Source: an uncultured Actinomycetota bacterium | Lineage (GTDB): Bacteria; Actinomycetota; Actinomycetes; Propionibacteriales; Kribbellaceae | Assembly: GCA_963770725.1 (NCBI GenBank) | Contig: CAVYQT010000002.1 | Coordinates: 126,462 to 190,461 of the forward strand | Reading direction: 5' to 3' | Length of the DNA stretch: 64,000 nt | Shown: one piece after another, positions 29,523-43,247 of the stretch | How the letters are laid out: each line of letters begins with the position of its first letter | Numbering within the stretch: position 1 is the first letter of the stretch | Position numbers and translations under genes: made by a program | Notes under the pieces: model-generated | Told to the model about the DNA's origin: nothing | Seen by the model: the letters and a program-made list of their open reading frames with translations, nothing else | Database searches by the model: none

Positions 29523-30599
29523 ATGTTCGAGGCGGTTCAGACGCTCAGGGCGGAGTACGCCGAGTTGGAGCGGCAGATGTCGGATCCCGAGCTGCACTCC
29601 GACCAGGCCAACGCCCGGCGGGTCGGTAAGCGGTACGCTGCCCTCGCGCCGGTAGTGCGCACGTACGACGAGTGGCTCCAGACCGAGGGCGACATCGAGG
29701 CGGCGAAGGAGCTGGCGGCCGAGGACCCGGCGTTCGCCGAGGAGGCCACCAAGCTGTCCGCCCGCCGCGAGGAGCTGGCGGAGAAGCTGCAGGTGCTGCT
29801 GGTCCCGCGCGACCCGAGTGACGACAAGGACGCGATCCTCGAGATCAAGGCCGGTGAGGGCGGCGACGAGTCGGCGCTGTTCGCCGGCGACCTGCTGAAG
29901 ATGTACCTGAAGTACGCCGAGTCGCAGAACTGGAAGACCGAGGTGCTCGACTCGGCCGAGTCCGACCTGGGCGGGTACAAGTCGGTCACCGTCGCGGTGA
30001 AGGCGAAAGGTACGCCGGAGCCGGGTGAGGCGCCGTACGCGAAGCTCAAGTTCGAGGGCGGGGTGCACCGGGTCCAGCGGGTGCCGGTGACCGAGTCGCA
30101 GGGACGGATCCACACCTCGGCGGCCGGTGTGCTGGTGCTCCCGGAGGCCGAGGACGTCGACGTCGAGATCGACCCGAACGACCTGCGCATCGACGTGTTC
30201 CGGTCGTCCGGACCGGGTGGGCAGAGTGTGAACACGACCGACTCCGCGGTCCGGATCACCCACCTGCCGACCGGCATCGTGGTCTCGATGCAGAACGAGA
30301 AGTCCCAGCTGCAGAACCGTGAGCAGGCCATGCGCGTCCTGCGGGCCCGGCTGCTCGCGGCCGCGCAGGAGGCCGCCGACCAGGAGGCCTCGGACGCCCG
30401 CCGGTCGCAGATCCGGACCGTCGACCGGTCCGAGCGGGTCCGCACCTACAACTTCCCGGAGAACCGGTTCTCCGACCACCGCGTCGGCTACAAGGCGCAC
30501 AACCTCGACCAGGTCCTCGGCGGCGAACTCGCGCCGGTGATCCAGGCCCTGACCGACGCCGACCTCGCCGCCCGCCTCGAGGCCGTCGAGGCCCAGTGA
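29523..30599 (+). CDS. prfA: Peptide chain release factor 1
   Basis: GGQ motif, PVT specificity tripeptide. Confidence 0.97.
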   Translation: MFEAVQTLRAEYAELERQMSDPELHSDQANARRVGKRYAALAPVVRTYDEWLQTEGDIEAAKELAAEDPAFAEEATKLSARREELAEKLQVLLVPRDPSDDKDAILEIKAGEGGDESALFAGDLLKMYLKYAESQNWKTEVLDSAESDLGGYKSVTVAVKAKGTPEPGEAPYAKLKFEGGVHRVQRVPVTESQGRIHTSAAGVLVLPEAEDVDVEIDPNDLRIDVFRSSGPGGQSVNTTDSAVRITHLPTGIVVSMQNEKSQLQNREQAMRVLRARLLAAAQEAADQEASDARRSQIRTVDRSERVRTYNFPENRFSDHRVGYKAHNLDQVLGGELAPVIQALTDADLAARLEAVEAQ

Positions 30600-31423
30600 G
30601 CACGAAGTCGCTACTCGTCGAGGCGACCGCACGACTCCGGGAAGCAGGCGTCGCGTCGCCGGACTACGACGCCGCGGAACTCCTCGCGTTCGTCACCGGC
30701 AGCAGCCGGCTGAACCTCGCCGAGCCGACTGCTGACCAGCGACACCAGTACGGCGAGTTGATCGCCCGCCGCGCAGGGCGCGAACCACTGCAGCATCTGA
30801 CCGGTACGGCGCCCTTCCGCTACCGGGAGCTCGCAGTCGGGCCCGGTGTCTTCGTGCCGCGGCCCGAGACCGAGGTGATCGTCGGCTGGATCCTCGACCG
30901 GCTCGCAGACGTCAAGGAACCGCTGGTGGTCGATCTGTGCACCGGCTCAGGTGCGATCGCCGGCGCGGTGGCGACCGAGCGGCCGGACAGCGTCGTACAC
31001 GCTGTCGAGCTGTCGCCGGACGCGTGTGTCTGGGCTCGTCGCAATCTCGCCGGTACCGGTGCCGAATTGCATGAGGGCGACATCGCCGGGTGCCTGCCCG
31101 AGTTCGACGGCCAGGTGGACGCGGTCATCTCCAACCCGCCGTACATCCCTTTGACTGCTTGGGAATCCGTCACCGCGGAGGTCCGCGATCACGACCCGGC
31201 GCTGGCGTTGTGGTCCGGTGAGGACGGCCTCGACGAGATCAAGGTGGTCGCCGCCACTGCGGGCCGGCTGCTCAAACCCGGCGGCTGGTTCGCGTGTGAA
31301 CATGCCGACGTCCAGGGCGAATCCGCCCCCGGCGTCTTCACTGCCACCGGCCTCTTCACCGAGATCCGCGACCAGCAGGACCTCGCCGCCCGCCCCCGCT
31401 TCGCGACCGGGCGAAGGATCTAG
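30596..31423 (+). CDS. prmC: Release factor glutamine methyltransferase
   Basis: [19 protein letters not shown]. Confidence 0.96.
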   Translation: MSTKSLLVEATARLREAGVASPDYDAAELLAFVTGSSRLNLAEPTADQRHQYGELIARRAGREPLQHLTGTAPFRYRELAVGPGVFVPRPETEVIVGWILDRLADVKEPLVVDLCTGSGAIAGAVATERPDSVVHAVELSPDACVWARRNLAGTGAELHEGDIAGCLPEFDGQVDAVISNPPYIPLTAWESVTAEVRDHDPALALWSGEDGLDEIKVVAATAGRLLKPGGWFACEHADVQGESAPGVFTATGLFTEIRDQQDLAARPRFATGRRI

Positions 31424-31474
31424 GCCGCGCCAGATCCTGTCGCCGGTCACATCCGCGACGGCAAGCCGCATCCC

Positions 31475-32461
31475 CTATTCGTACACGACGAGCTCCGGCC
31501 GCGGCCGCAACGCCAGCACCTGTGCCGGTGTCATCAACGGCCCGTGCCGGGCGTCCTCGGTGTAGAACAGTTTGAACCCGGGGTGCACCCCGGCCTGCAG
31601 GTTCGCGGTCAGCTTGCCCCACGTCTCCAGCTTGTCCTCGCGCGCACCGATCCCGTCCACCGACTTGATCGTGACCACGCCCGGATGCTTCTTCAGCGCC
31701 TGCCCGCCGGCAACGATCCGCGGCGACAGCTGGTGGAAGACGAACGCCTTCTCCGGCAGGTCATGTGCTCGCACGAGTCCTGCGAGGTACGACGCGATGC
31801 CATCGAGCTCGGCGCCCGTCGTCCGGCCGAAAACCCTGCCGGGCACCTGATTCGGCCCGACCGCCCACTCCGGATCGAAGGCGAGCCCGACATCCGGTTC
31901 CTTCAGCCAGCGTTCGAGTCGTTTCACCTCGGGCAGGATCTTGGCCCGGCCCGGCTGGACGTCGAGCAGCAACAGCATCCGGTGCTTACGGGCGACGGTC
32001 AGGTACTCCTGGATCTTCGCGTCGGGCAGGCGGCCGCGGTACATCCCGTCCTTGCCCGGCGATGCCTTCGCGACCACCGTGATCAGTTCCATCACCGGCA
32101 GCGGTGTGCGGCCGGCGGCGTACGCACGCGACAGCTTCTCCAGCCTCGCGGCCTTCACTTCCAGGTTCTTGTCCAGCGGACCGAGGGCGGGCGAGCCGGG
32201 CAGACCGACGTACCCGACGAGCTGGTACTTCGGGAAGATCGTCCGCCCACCCCGCGGCAGGTCTCCGTTCGCAGGTGGTGGCGGCGGAGGCGGAGTGGTC
32301 GGCGTTGGGCTGGCCGACGGTGGGGGAGTCGCAGCCGGTGCTGCTGCGCCTGACTCGTCGCTGCAGGCAGCCACACCCAGCAACAGCCCTAGCGCCGCCA
32401 CCACTCCTGGAACACTCCGCACGCCACCTAGAGAACCATGCGCACCTAGAACCCGAGTCAC
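31475..32461 (-). CDS. Hypothetical lipoprotein with Pro-rich linker (true start probably about 32410)
   Basis: VAAC lipobox, LDVQPG and DPEW motifs. Confidence 0.7.
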   Translation of the reverse strand: MTRVLGAHGSLGGVRSVPGVVAALGLLLGVAACSDESGAAAPAATPPPSASPTPTTPPPPPPPANGDLPRGGRTIFPKYQLVGYVGLPGSPALGPLDKNLEVKAARLEKLSRAYAAGRTPLPVMELITVVAKASPGKDGMYRGRLPDAKIQEYLTVARKHRMLLLLDVQPGRAKILPEVKRLERWLKEPDVGLAFDPEWAVGPNQVPGRVFGRTTGAELDGIASYLAGLVRAHDLPEKAFVFHQLSPRIVAGGQALKKHPGVVTIKSVDGIGAREDKLETWGKLTANLQAGVHPGFKLFYTEDARHGPLMTPAQVLALRPRPELVVYE

Positions 32462-33474
32462 GCCTTGGCGACGTAGTCGTCGATCTCCGCGAGCAGCGAG
32501 TCCTTCACCGAGTCCTCGGCGAACGAAACCCGGACAGCCGTCTTGGCCAGCTCACCCACACCGGCCTCGTCGAGGTCGAGCAGCTCGGTCGCGACGGCGT
32601 ACTCGTTGGTGAGGTCGGTGCCGAACATCGGCGGGTCGTCCGAGTTGATGGTGACGACCAGTCCGGCCTGGACCATCGCGGGCAGCGGGTGCACGTCGTA
32701 CGACGCGACCGCGCGGGTGGCGATGTTCGACGTCGGGCTGACCTCGAGCGGGATCCGGTGCTCGCCCAGGTAGTCGACCAGGGCCGGGTCCTGCATGGCC
32801 GACGTACCGTGGCCGATCCGCTCGGCCTTGAGCACCCGGATCGCGTCCCAGATCGTCTCCGGCCCGGTGGTCTCGCCGGCGTGCGGCACGCTGCGCAGCC
32901 CGGCGGCGATGGCGGCCTCGAAGTGCGGCTGGAACTGCGGCCGCGGTACGCCGATCTCCGGCCCGCCGAGGCCGAACCCGACCAGCCCCTCCGGCCGGTT
33001 CTTCAGCGCGATCTCCAGCGTCCGGTCGGCGGCCGGCAGCCCGGCCTCACCGGAGATGTCGAAGATCCACCGCAGGGTCAGGCCGAACTCCTTCTCGGCC
33101 GCGATCCGGGCGTCCTCGATCGCCTCGCAGTAGGCCTCCGCGGCGATCCCGCGGACCACCGTCGTGTACGGCGTACAGGTCAGCTCGGCGTAGCGCAGGT
33201 TCTGCCCGGCCATCTCGCGGGCGATCTCGTAGGTCAGCAGCCGGACGTCGTCGGGCGTCTTGATCAGGTCGACGACGGTCAGGTAGATCTCGATGAACTT
33301 GGCGAAATCGGTGAACTGGAAGTACTTCGCCAGCTCGGCCGGGTCGGCCGGCACCGGCGACCCGGGATGCCGGGCGGCGAGCTCGGCAACGATCCGCGGC
33401 GAGGCGGATCCGACGTGATGGACATGCAACTCGGCCTTCGGCAGGCCGGCCAGGAACTCACGCGAAACAGTCAT
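32458..33474 (-). CDS. add: Adenosine/adenine deaminase
   Basis: PKAELHVH, HAGE, RIGHG, NSDDP. Confidence 0.92.
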   Translation of the reverse strand: MTVSREFLAGLPKAELHVHHVGSASPRIVAELAARHPGSPVPADPAELAKYFQFTDFAKFIEIYLTVVDLIKTPDDVRLLTYEIAREMAGQNLRYAELTCTPYTTVVRGIAAEAYCEAIEDARIAAEKEFGLTLRWIFDISGEAGLPAADRTLEIALKNRPEGLVGFGLGGPEIGVPRPQFQPHFEAAIAAGLRSVPHAGETTGPETIWDAIRVLKAERIGHGTSAMQDPALVDYLGEHRIPLEVSPTSNIATRAVASYDVHPLPAMVQAGLVVTINSDDPPMFGTDLTNEYAVATELLDLDEAGVGELAKTAVRVSFAEDSVKDSLLAEIDDYVAKA

Positions 33475-33593
33475 GTCCGGGATCCTAGGGAGGTCCGGCG
33501 GGCAGGCGCTGGAAAGCTGACAATTGTTTGTCAGGTCGCGCCTGGGCCAGCCCGAGTGGAGTGCGCGGGTCCGTGGGTGGCACGATTCGGTGC

Positions 33594-34415
33594 GTGAGTG
33601 AGCGCTTCGACTTCACCGGCGACGAGTTGGCACCGGCCTATCGAGCGGCCGTGGACGCCATCGAGGCCGGCGACCTGGTCGTCCTTCCGACCGACACCGT
33701 GTACGGGATCGCCGCGGACGCCTTCAAGTCCGACGCGGTCCAGCGACTGCTGGACGCCAAGGGCCGCGGCCGCGACATGCCGCCGCCGGTGCTGATCTCG
33801 GTGGTCGAGTCGCTGGACGCGCTCGCCACCGACGTCCCCGACTCGGGACGCAAGCTCTGCGAGGAGTTCTGGCCCGGGCCGCTGACGGTGATCTGCCACG
33901 CGCAGACGTCGCTGATGTGGGACCTGGGGGAGACCCAGGGCACCGTCGCGCTGCGGGTGCCGGCCCACGAGAACACCCGCGAACTGCTGTCCCGCACCGG
34001 GCCGCTCGCGGTCAGCTCGGCCAACCTCAGCGGTCAGCCGGCGGCGCTCGACGTGTACGACGCCGAGGAGCAGCTGGCCGACTCGGTCGCGGTCTACCTC
34101 GACGGAGGTACGGCGACCGGCGGTCAGCCGTCCACGATCGTCGACATCACCGGCGACGGCCCCCACGTCGTACGCCTCGGTGCCCTCAGCCTCGACCAGC
34201 TCCGCGCCGTCGTCCCCGAGGTCACCTCCGACCAGGACGGCGAGAAAGCTGACGACGAGCCGGAGAAGACCGCAGAGCCGGAGATGACTGCCGAGCCGGA
34301 GCAGACTACAGAAGAGCCAACTGAAGTAGAGCCAACTGAAGCACCTGTTGAAGCGTCCAAGGACATAGCCGACGAGAAGAAGCCGACCGAACCCGATGTG
34401 AGGCCTGCGGACTAG
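33594..34415 (+). CDS. tsaC: L-threonylcarbamoyladenylate synthase (Sua5/YwlC/TsaC) with acidic tail
   Basis: PTDTVYG, KGR, WPGPLT, SSAN. Confidence 0.92.
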   Translation: MSERFDFTGDELAPAYRAAVDAIEAGDLVVLPTDTVYGIAADAFKSDAVQRLLDAKGRGRDMPPPVLISVVESLDALATDVPDSGRKLCEEFWPGPLTVICHAQTSLMWDLGETQGTVALRVPAHENTRELLSRTGPLAVSSANLSGQPAALDVYDAEEQLADSVAVYLDGGTATGGQPSTIVDITGDGPHVVRLGALSLDQLRAVVPEVTSDQDGEKADDEPEKTAEPEMTAEPEQTTEEPTEVEPTEAPVEASKDIADEKKPTEPDVRPAD

Positions 34416-35533
34416 TGCGCGAGTACCTGCTGGTCCTGTTCGTGGCCATGGCCACGACCTTCCTGCTGACCGGCGTGGCCCGGCAGATCGCCCTGCGCTA
34501 CGGCGCGGTCGCGAAGGTCCGGGCCCGGGACGTGCACAAGGTCCCGATCCCGTACTTCGGCGGCATCTCCATCCTCGGCGGCCTGATCGCCGGCTTCGCG
34601 GTCGCCTCCAGCCTGCCCTTCCTCGGCGACAGCCTGCAGGTCGCCCACGACGCCCGCGCGATCCTGATCGGCGGCGTGGTGATCTGCGCCGTCGGCGTGG
34701 TCGACGACCTGTACGAGCTGGACGCGATCACCAAGCTGGCCGGCGAGGTCCTCGCCGTCGGCGTGATGGTTGTCCAGGGCATCCAGCTGTACTGGCTCCC
34801 GCTCCCCGGCGGCGTCGTCTCGCCGCCGCCCGCGCAACTCGCCGTCCTCACCGCCGGCATCCTGCTGGTGTCCTGCAACGCGGTGAACTTCGTCGACGGC
34901 CTGGACGGTCTGGCCGCCGGCGTGACCGCGATCGGCGCGACCGCCTTCTTCACCTACTCGTACCTGCTGAACGTCGAGCAGAACCTCGACCGGGCGACCA
35001 CCTCGACCCTGATCACCGTCGCCCTGGCCGGTGCCTGCCTCGGCTTCCTGCCGCACAACTTCTTCCCTGCCAGGGTCTTCATGGGCGACTCCGGAGCCCT
35101 GCTGATCGGCCTGATGCTGGCCGCGTCGACGATCAGCCTGACCGGCCAGATGGACCCGAACGCGGTCCCGTACGAGGTCGGCGGCTCCAGCCTTCTGCCG
35201 GCCCTGCTCCCGCTGATCCTCCCGATCGCGGTCCTCGCGATCCCCGCGCTCGACCTGACGATGGCCTACGTCCGCCGTACCAAGGCCGGCCGCTCGCCCT
35301 TCGCCGCGGACAAGCTGCACCTGCATCACCGCCTGATGCAACGCGGCCACTCGCACCGCCGGGCCGTCCTGCTGATGTACCTGTGGACGGCCTTGATCGC
35401 GTACGGCGTCGTGGTCCTCGGACTCGTGCTGACCTGGTGGACCGCCCTGATCGTGCTGGCCGTCATGGTCACCGCGATCCTGCTCACGACCGGTCTCCCG
35501 CGCCGTTCCCGGAAACCGCTCGCCAAGGTCTGA
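34415..35533 (+). CDS. wecA: Polyprenyl-phosphate GlcNAc-1-P transferase (WecA/Rfe, MraY family)
   Basis: NFVDGLDGLA, FMGDSG, HLHHRL. Confidence 0.9.
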   Translation: MREYLLVLFVAMATTFLLTGVARQIALRYGAVAKVRARDVHKVPIPYFGGISILGGLIAGFAVASSLPFLGDSLQVAHDARAILIGGVVICAVGVVDDLYELDAITKLAGEVLAVGVMVVQGIQLYWLPLPGGVVSPPPAQLAVLTAGILLVSCNAVNFVDGLDGLAAGVTAIGATAFFTYSYLLNVEQNLDRATTSTLITVALAGACLGFLPHNFFPARVFMGDSGALLIGLMLAASTISLTGQMDPNAVPYEVGGSSLLPALLPLILPIAVLAIPALDLTMAYVRRTKAGRSPFAADKLHLHHRLMQRGHSHRRAVLLMYLWTALIAYGVVVLGLVLTWWTALIVLAVMVTAILLTTGLPRRSRKPLAKV

Positions 35534-35631
35534 AGGCCACCAGGTGGGGACCAGACCACTCGTCCGCGTGGCCTACCGATAGGGTGTGCCTGTACAGCGG
35601 CAAGGGACTCGTTTTGCTGACTCTGAAGACT

Positions 35632-35649
35632 TTGTGCTAGTTTTCACAA
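35632..35649. promoter_or_regulatory. Rex operator-like site upstream of atp operon
   Basis: TTGTGCTagttTTCACAA vs TTGTGAA-N4-TTCACAA (12/14). Confidence 0.6.
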
Positions 35650-35737
35650 GCACCAGCGAAGAACAGCGACACCCCTGACCCCGCCCACCCGACGACCAGG
35701 CTGTGAGACCCGGTCGCCAGCAGGACGGAACCACCAG

Positions 35738-36202
35738 ATGGCTCCCTCGGCTCAGAGTCCGAAAGTCGCCGGCCAGGCCACCAGGCACCCGGCGTTGGCA
35801 ATGTTGCGTGGCGCACTCGTCGCCGCGCTCGTCGTAGGCGTGAACGCCGCCGCCGTGTCGACCGTTGCCGCCGGCCTCGAGGGACTGTGGGGAGCACTGC
35901 TGGGCCTGCTGATGGTGGTCGTCTTCTCCGGTGGCGGCCTGGTCGCGCTGCACCTGTCCCGCCGTGCGTCGCCGACCATGCAGCTGGCGATCGCGATGAC
36001 GTCGTACACCGGGCGGATCGCGATCTTCGGCGGCCTGCTCGCCCTGGCCCTGAGCTCGGAAACCCTGGCCCGGCACGTGAATCTGACCGTGCTGGGTGTC
36101 AGCGCCGTGGTGGTCGTGATGGGCTGGATGGCCGGCGAGATCTGGGCCTGGTCGCGGCTGCGCGTCCCGATCTACGACCTGGACGGGGAGGTGACCGCAT
36201 GA
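35738..36202 (+). CDS. ATP synthase protein I-like membrane protein
   Basis: Four TM helices, position before atpB. Confidence 0.7.
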   Translation: MAPSAQSPKVAGQATRHPALAMLRGALVAALVVGVNAAAVSTVAAGLEGLWGALLGLLMVVVFSGGGLVALHLSRRASPTMQLAIAMTSYTGRIAIFGGLLALALSSETLARHVNLTVLGVSAVVVVMGWMAGEIWAWSRLRVPIYDLDGEVTA

Positions 36203-36292
36203 GCACCATCGGTAATGACTTCACTGCTGTGGTGGAGGTTGCGGGGACCGATGTGACCGGCTCTGTTCGGGACTGGTACCTTTCGGGTGCCA

Positions 36293-36508
36293 ATGAGCGA
36301 GCACGAGGATCCGAAGCCATCACCCCCGACTGCGGGCGACGGCTGGCGGGTCCTGTCCTACTTGATCGGCGGTGTGCTCCTGTACGGAGGCATCGGGTTC
36401 GGGTTGGATCGCCTGCTCGGCACCCAGTTCTTACTTCCGGTGGGCATCGTCCTCGGTGCCGGGCTCACCGTTCTGCTGTTGCACTTCCGGTACGGGACGC
36501 GGTCCTGA
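36293..36508 (+). CDS. AtpZ/AtpI family small membrane protein
   Basis: YLIGGVLLYGGIGFGLDRLLGT. Confidence 0.8.
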   Translation: MSEHEDPKPSPPTAGDGWRVLSYLIGGVLLYGGIGFGLDRLLGTQFLLPVGIVLGAGLTVLLLHFRYGTRS

Positions 36509-36626
36509 TCCCTTCGGGGAACGACCTGACCCGCACCGGGTCTGACGTTGTTGACCGCCATGCCCTGAGCCGCCCTGCCCTTAGCTACAAGGCGTCCGAC
36601 TTGAGCACGACGCGAGAGGAGACCCG

Positions 36627-37409
36627 GTGACTGCCGGCGTTCCGACCGAGTTCCACCCGCCCGGTCCCGAAAGCTTCGATCTTCCGCCGATCATCAACGG
36701 CGTCGACTGGTTCACCAAGCCTGTGCTGGTGTCCGCGTTGTCCGTCGTACTGATCATCTGGTTCTTCTGGGGTGCGTCCCGCAAGGCCGAGATCGTGCCG
36801 AGCAAACTGCAGTTCGCCGGTGAGCTCGGCTACAACTTCGTCCGCAACTCGATCGCCCGCGACGCCATCGGCAGCGCCGAGCACATGAAGTACGTGCCGT
36901 ACCTGTGCGGCCTGTTCTTCTTCATCCTGCTGAACAACGTCGCCGCCACCGTCCCGCTGGTCCAGTTCCCGACCTTCAGCCACATCGGCTGGGCCTACTC
37001 CGCCGCGATCCTGAGCTGGATCATCTACAACGCGGTCGGGATCCGGAAGCACGGCGCCTGGGGTTACTTCAAGCACCAGACCATGCCGGCCGGGGTGCCG
37101 GTCTGGCTGATGCCGCTGATGATCCCGATCGAGTTCATCTCGAACATCCTGGTCCGGCCGGTCTCGCTGAGCCTGCGGTTGTTCGCGAACATGTTCGCCG
37201 GCCACATCCTGCTGCTGGTGTTCGTCCTCGGCGGCGAGTACCTGCTGTTCGAGACCGGCAGCATCGCCCTCGGCGGTGTCGGCATCATCACCTTGCTGAT
37301 GGGCCTGGCGATCGCCGGACTGGAGCTGTTCGTCCAGTGCATCCAGGCCTACATCTTCGTCGTGCTGTCCGCGCAGTACATCGGCAGCGCGATCGCCGAG
37401 GACCACTGA
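36627..37409 (+). CDS. atpB: ATP synthase F0 subunit a
   Basis: [25 protein letters not shown]. Confidence 0.96.
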   Translation: MTAGVPTEFHPPGPESFDLPPIINGVDWFTKPVLVSALSVVLIIWFFWGASRKAEIVPSKLQFAGELGYNFVRNSIARDAIGSAEHMKYVPYLCGLFFFILLNNVAATVPLVQFPTFSHIGWAYSAAILSWIIYNAVGIRKHGAWGYFKHQTMPAGVPVWLMPLMIPIEFISNILVRPVSLSLRLFANMFAGHILLLVFVLGGEYLLFETGSIALGGVGIITLLMGLAIAGLELFVQCIQAYIFVVLSAQYIGSAIAEDH

Positions 37410-37491
37410 TCCGCAGTACCGCAGTACCCATTGGACCCGTAGTAACGGAAACCCGGATAGCCCCTATCCGTACCGAAAGGAACACACTGCA

Positions 37492-37716
37492 ATGACCGCA
37501 CTCGAGATCTCCGGCAACATCGCCGTCCTGGGCTACGGCCTCGCCGCGATCGGCCCGGGCGTCGGCGTCGGTCTGATTTTCGCAGCCGTGATCAACGGCA
37601 CCGCGCGTCAGCCCGAGGCCCAGAGCAAGCTGCAGTCCATCGCCTGGATCGGCTTCGGTGTGACCGAGGTTCTGGCGATCATCGGTATCGCTCTGGCGTT
37701 CGTCTTCCGTACCTGA
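37492..37716 (+). CDS. atpE: ATP synthase F0 subunit c
   Basis: GPGVGVG, ARQPE, conserved Glu. Confidence 0.96.
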   Translation: MTALEISGNIAVLGYGLAAIGPGVGVGLIFAAVINGTARQPEAQSKLQSIAWIGFGVTEVLAIIGIALAFVFRT

Positions 37717-37746
37717 GCTATTTCCTCTGACTGACAGGATTCAGAC

Positions 37747-38318
37747 ATGTTGACGATGGTGCTACCGCTGACTGAGGCGGGCGAGACCCCGAGCCCGTTG
37801 CTGCCGCACACGGCCGAGGTCATCTTCGGCTTCGTCTTCCTGATCCTGCTGGCCATCGCCTTCGCCAAGGTCGTCGTCCCGAAGTTCGAGCAGGCGTACG
37901 CCGATCGGACCGCGGCGATCGAAGGCGGGATGAACGAGGCCAAGCGGGCTCAGGTCGAGGCGAAGGCGGCGCTGGAGCAAGTACAACGCGCAGCTGGCGG
38001 ATGGCTCGCCAGGAGGCTGCGAAGATCCGTGAGGACGCGCGCGAGCAGGGTGCGCAGATCATCGCGGAGATGCGTGAGCAGGCGAACGCCGAGGCGGAGC
38101 GCATCGTGACGCACGCACGGACCCAGATCGACGCCGAGCGGACCCAGGCGGTCGCCTCGCTGCGCAGCGAGGTCGGCACGATGGCGACCACGCTGGCCGG
38201 CCGGATCGTCGGCGAGTCGCTCGAGGACGAGGCGCGCCAGCGTCGCACCGTCGAGCGGTTCCTGGCCGACCTCGAGGCGTCGGAGTCCGCACGTCAGGCC
38301 GTCGGAACGGACGGCTGA
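37747..38318 (+). CDS. atpF: ATP synthase F0 subunit b (apparent +1 insertions near 37978 and 38002)
   Basis: ORFs 37747-38109 and 38001-38318 give the N- and C-terminal halves. Confidence 0.9.
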
Positions 38319-39120
38319 TGCGCGGCGCGTCGAGGGAGTCACTGGTCCGGGCCCAGGAGGCCCTGGCCGGTGTCACCGTCACCGAGGAGCTGGGCACCGA
38401 GCTGTTCTCGGTCGCCAAGCTGCTGGACGGCAGCGGCGCGCTCCGGCGCGCCCTGACCGACCCGGCCCGTCCGCAGGCGGCCCGCGCCGGCCTGGTCCAG
38501 CAGTTGTTCGGCGGCAAGATCTCCGCCCAGGCGCAGGAGATCCTGACCGCCGCCGTGGCCGGCCGCTGGGTCAGCGGCCGCGACCTCGGCAACGCGCTGG
38601 AGCAGTTGAGCGTCGAGGCCGATGTCGCGTACGCCGACTCCGGGCGCAAGCTGGACGAGCGTCGAGGACGAGTTGTTCCGGCTGGACCGGGTGGTCGCGG
38701 CCGAGCGGGCGCTGAGCGAGAAGCTGAGTGACCGCAGCATCCCGGTGAAGCTGCGGCAGGAGCTGATCCACGGCCTGCTGCAGGGCAAGGCCGACGCGGT
38801 CACCACGTGCGGCTGGTCGAGCGCGCGGTGGACGGCCGGGGGCGCAGCTTCGCGGCCTCGATGCGGGCCTACCAGGTCGCCGCGGCGGCCCGGCGCAACG
38901 CCAGCATCGCCACCGTGCGGGTCGCCACCGACCTGTCCGAGGCCGACCGCACCCGGCTGGCCGACGCGCTCGGCCGGCAGTACGGCCGGGACATCCAGCT
39001 GAACGTAATCGTCGACCCCGAGCGTCGTCGGCGGCGTCCGGGTGGACATCGGCGACGAAGTGATCGACGGAACCATCGCGGCCAGGCTCAGACGAAGCGC
39101 AACGGCGCATCGCGGGCTGA
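38318..39120 (+). CDS. atpH: ATP synthase F1 subunit delta (several apparent insertions)
   Basis: Pieces LRRALTDP / VEDELFR / LGRQYGRDIQLNV / GGVRVDIGDEVIDG in successive frames. Confidence 0.88.
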
Positions 39121-39225
39121 CGGCTCTTAACGACACAAACTTATGGCGCTAAGGGCCTGAGGTCTTCGCAGCGAAAGCCCCTAGGGCCACAACAGGCCAG
39201 CAAGGTCAAGGAAGCAGGAAACACA

Positions 39226-40865
39226 ATGGCTGAGCTCACGATCAGGCCGGAGGAGATCCGGGACGCCCTGGATCAGTTCGTCACCGAGTACCAACCGGCG
39301 AAGACGAGCCGGGAAGAGGTCGGCACCGTCATCGACGCCGGTGACGGTATCGCGCACGTCGAGGGTCTGCCCTCGGCGATGACGAACGAGCTGCTCGAGT
39401 TCGAGGACGGCACCCGGGGCATCGCGCTGAACCTCGACGTCCGCGACATCGGTGTCGTCGTCCTCGGTGAGTTCGACGGGATCGAGGAGGGCCAGCAGGT
39501 CCGCCGGACCGGCGCAGGTGCTGTCGGTGCCGGTCGGCGAGGGCTACCTCGGCCGCGTCGTCGACCCGATGGGCAAGCCGATCGACGGCCTCGGCGAGAT
39601 CAAGGACCTCGAGGGCAACCGCGCGCTGGAGCTGCAGGCGGCCGGCGTGATGGACCGCCAGGAGGTCCGCGAGCCGCTGCAGACCGGCATCAAGGCGATC
39701 GACGGGATGATCCCGATCGGCCGCGGCCAGCGCCAGCTGATCATCGGCGACCGCAAGACCGGCAAGACCGCGATCGCGATCGACACGATCATCAACCAGA
39801 AGGCGAACTGGGAGTCCGGCGACCCGAAGAAGCAGGTCCGCTGCATCTACGTCGCGATCGGCCAGAAGGGCTCGACGATCGCCGCCGTCCGCGGCGCGCT
39901 CGAAGAGGCCGGCGCGATGGAGTACACCACCATCGTCGCCTCCCCGGCGTCCGACCCGGCCGGCTTCAAGTACGTCGCGCCGTACACCGGCTCGGCCATC
40001 GGCCAGCACTGGATGTACCAGGGCAAGCACGTGCTGATCGTCTTCGACGACCTGACCAAGCAGGCCGAGGCGTACCGCGCGATGTCGCTGCTGCTGCGCC
40101 GCCCGCCGGGCCGCGAGGCGTACCCGGGTGACGTCTTCTACCTGCACAGCCGCCTGCTGGAGCGCTGCGCGAAGCTGTCCGACGAGCTCGGCGCCGGCTC
40201 GATGACCGGCCTGCCGATCATCGAGACCAAGGCGAACGACGTGTCGGCGTTCATCCCGACCAACGTCATCTCGATCACCGACGGCCAGATCTTCCTGCAG
40301 TCGGACCTGTTCAACGCCAACATCCGGCCGGCCATCGACGTCGGTATCTCGGTGTCCCGGGTCGGTGGCGCCGCGCAAGTCAAGGGCATGAAGAACGTGT
40401 CCGGCTCGCTGAAGCTGGACCTGGCCCAGTTCCGCGCGATGGAGGCGTTCGCGATGTTCGCCTCCGACCTCGACGCCACCTCCCGCCGCCAGCTCGACCG
40501 CGGTCAGCGGCTGGTCGAGCTGCTGCGGCAGCCGCAGTACTCGCCGTACCCGGTGGAGGAGCAGATCGTCTCCATCTGGTCCGGTACGACCGGCAAGTTC
40601 GACGACGTCCCGGTCGACGACGTACTGCGCTTCGAGCGGGACTTCCTGGACTACCTGCGCCGGGAGAGCAAAGTGCTCGACAGCATCCGCGAGACCGGGC
40701 TGTTCGACGACGACTCCGCCGCAGGCCGTGACAGAGGCGCTGGACGCGTTCAAGCCGACCTTCCAGACCTCGGAAGGCACGCTGCTCGGCACCGAGGCCG
40801 AGACCGAGGCGATGGACGAAGGCGACGTCGAGCAGGAGCAGATCGTCCGGCAGAAGCGGGGCTGA
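39226..40865 (+). CDS. atpA: ATP synthase F1 subunit alpha (apparent insertions near 39514 and 40720)
   Basis: [29 protein letters not shown]. Confidence 0.95.
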
Positions 40866-40871
40866 TCGACC

Positions 40872-43246
<2,375 letters not shown>

Positions 43247-43247
43247 C

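Noticed and set aside
39125-39200. ncRNA between atpH and atpA
   Set aside because: Only a weak imperfect hairpin in an error-prone region; insufficient support
37747-40865. Programmed frameshifting or true pseudogenes in atpF/H/A
   Set aside because: No slippery sequences; many scattered insertions in essential genes are better explained by sequencing error
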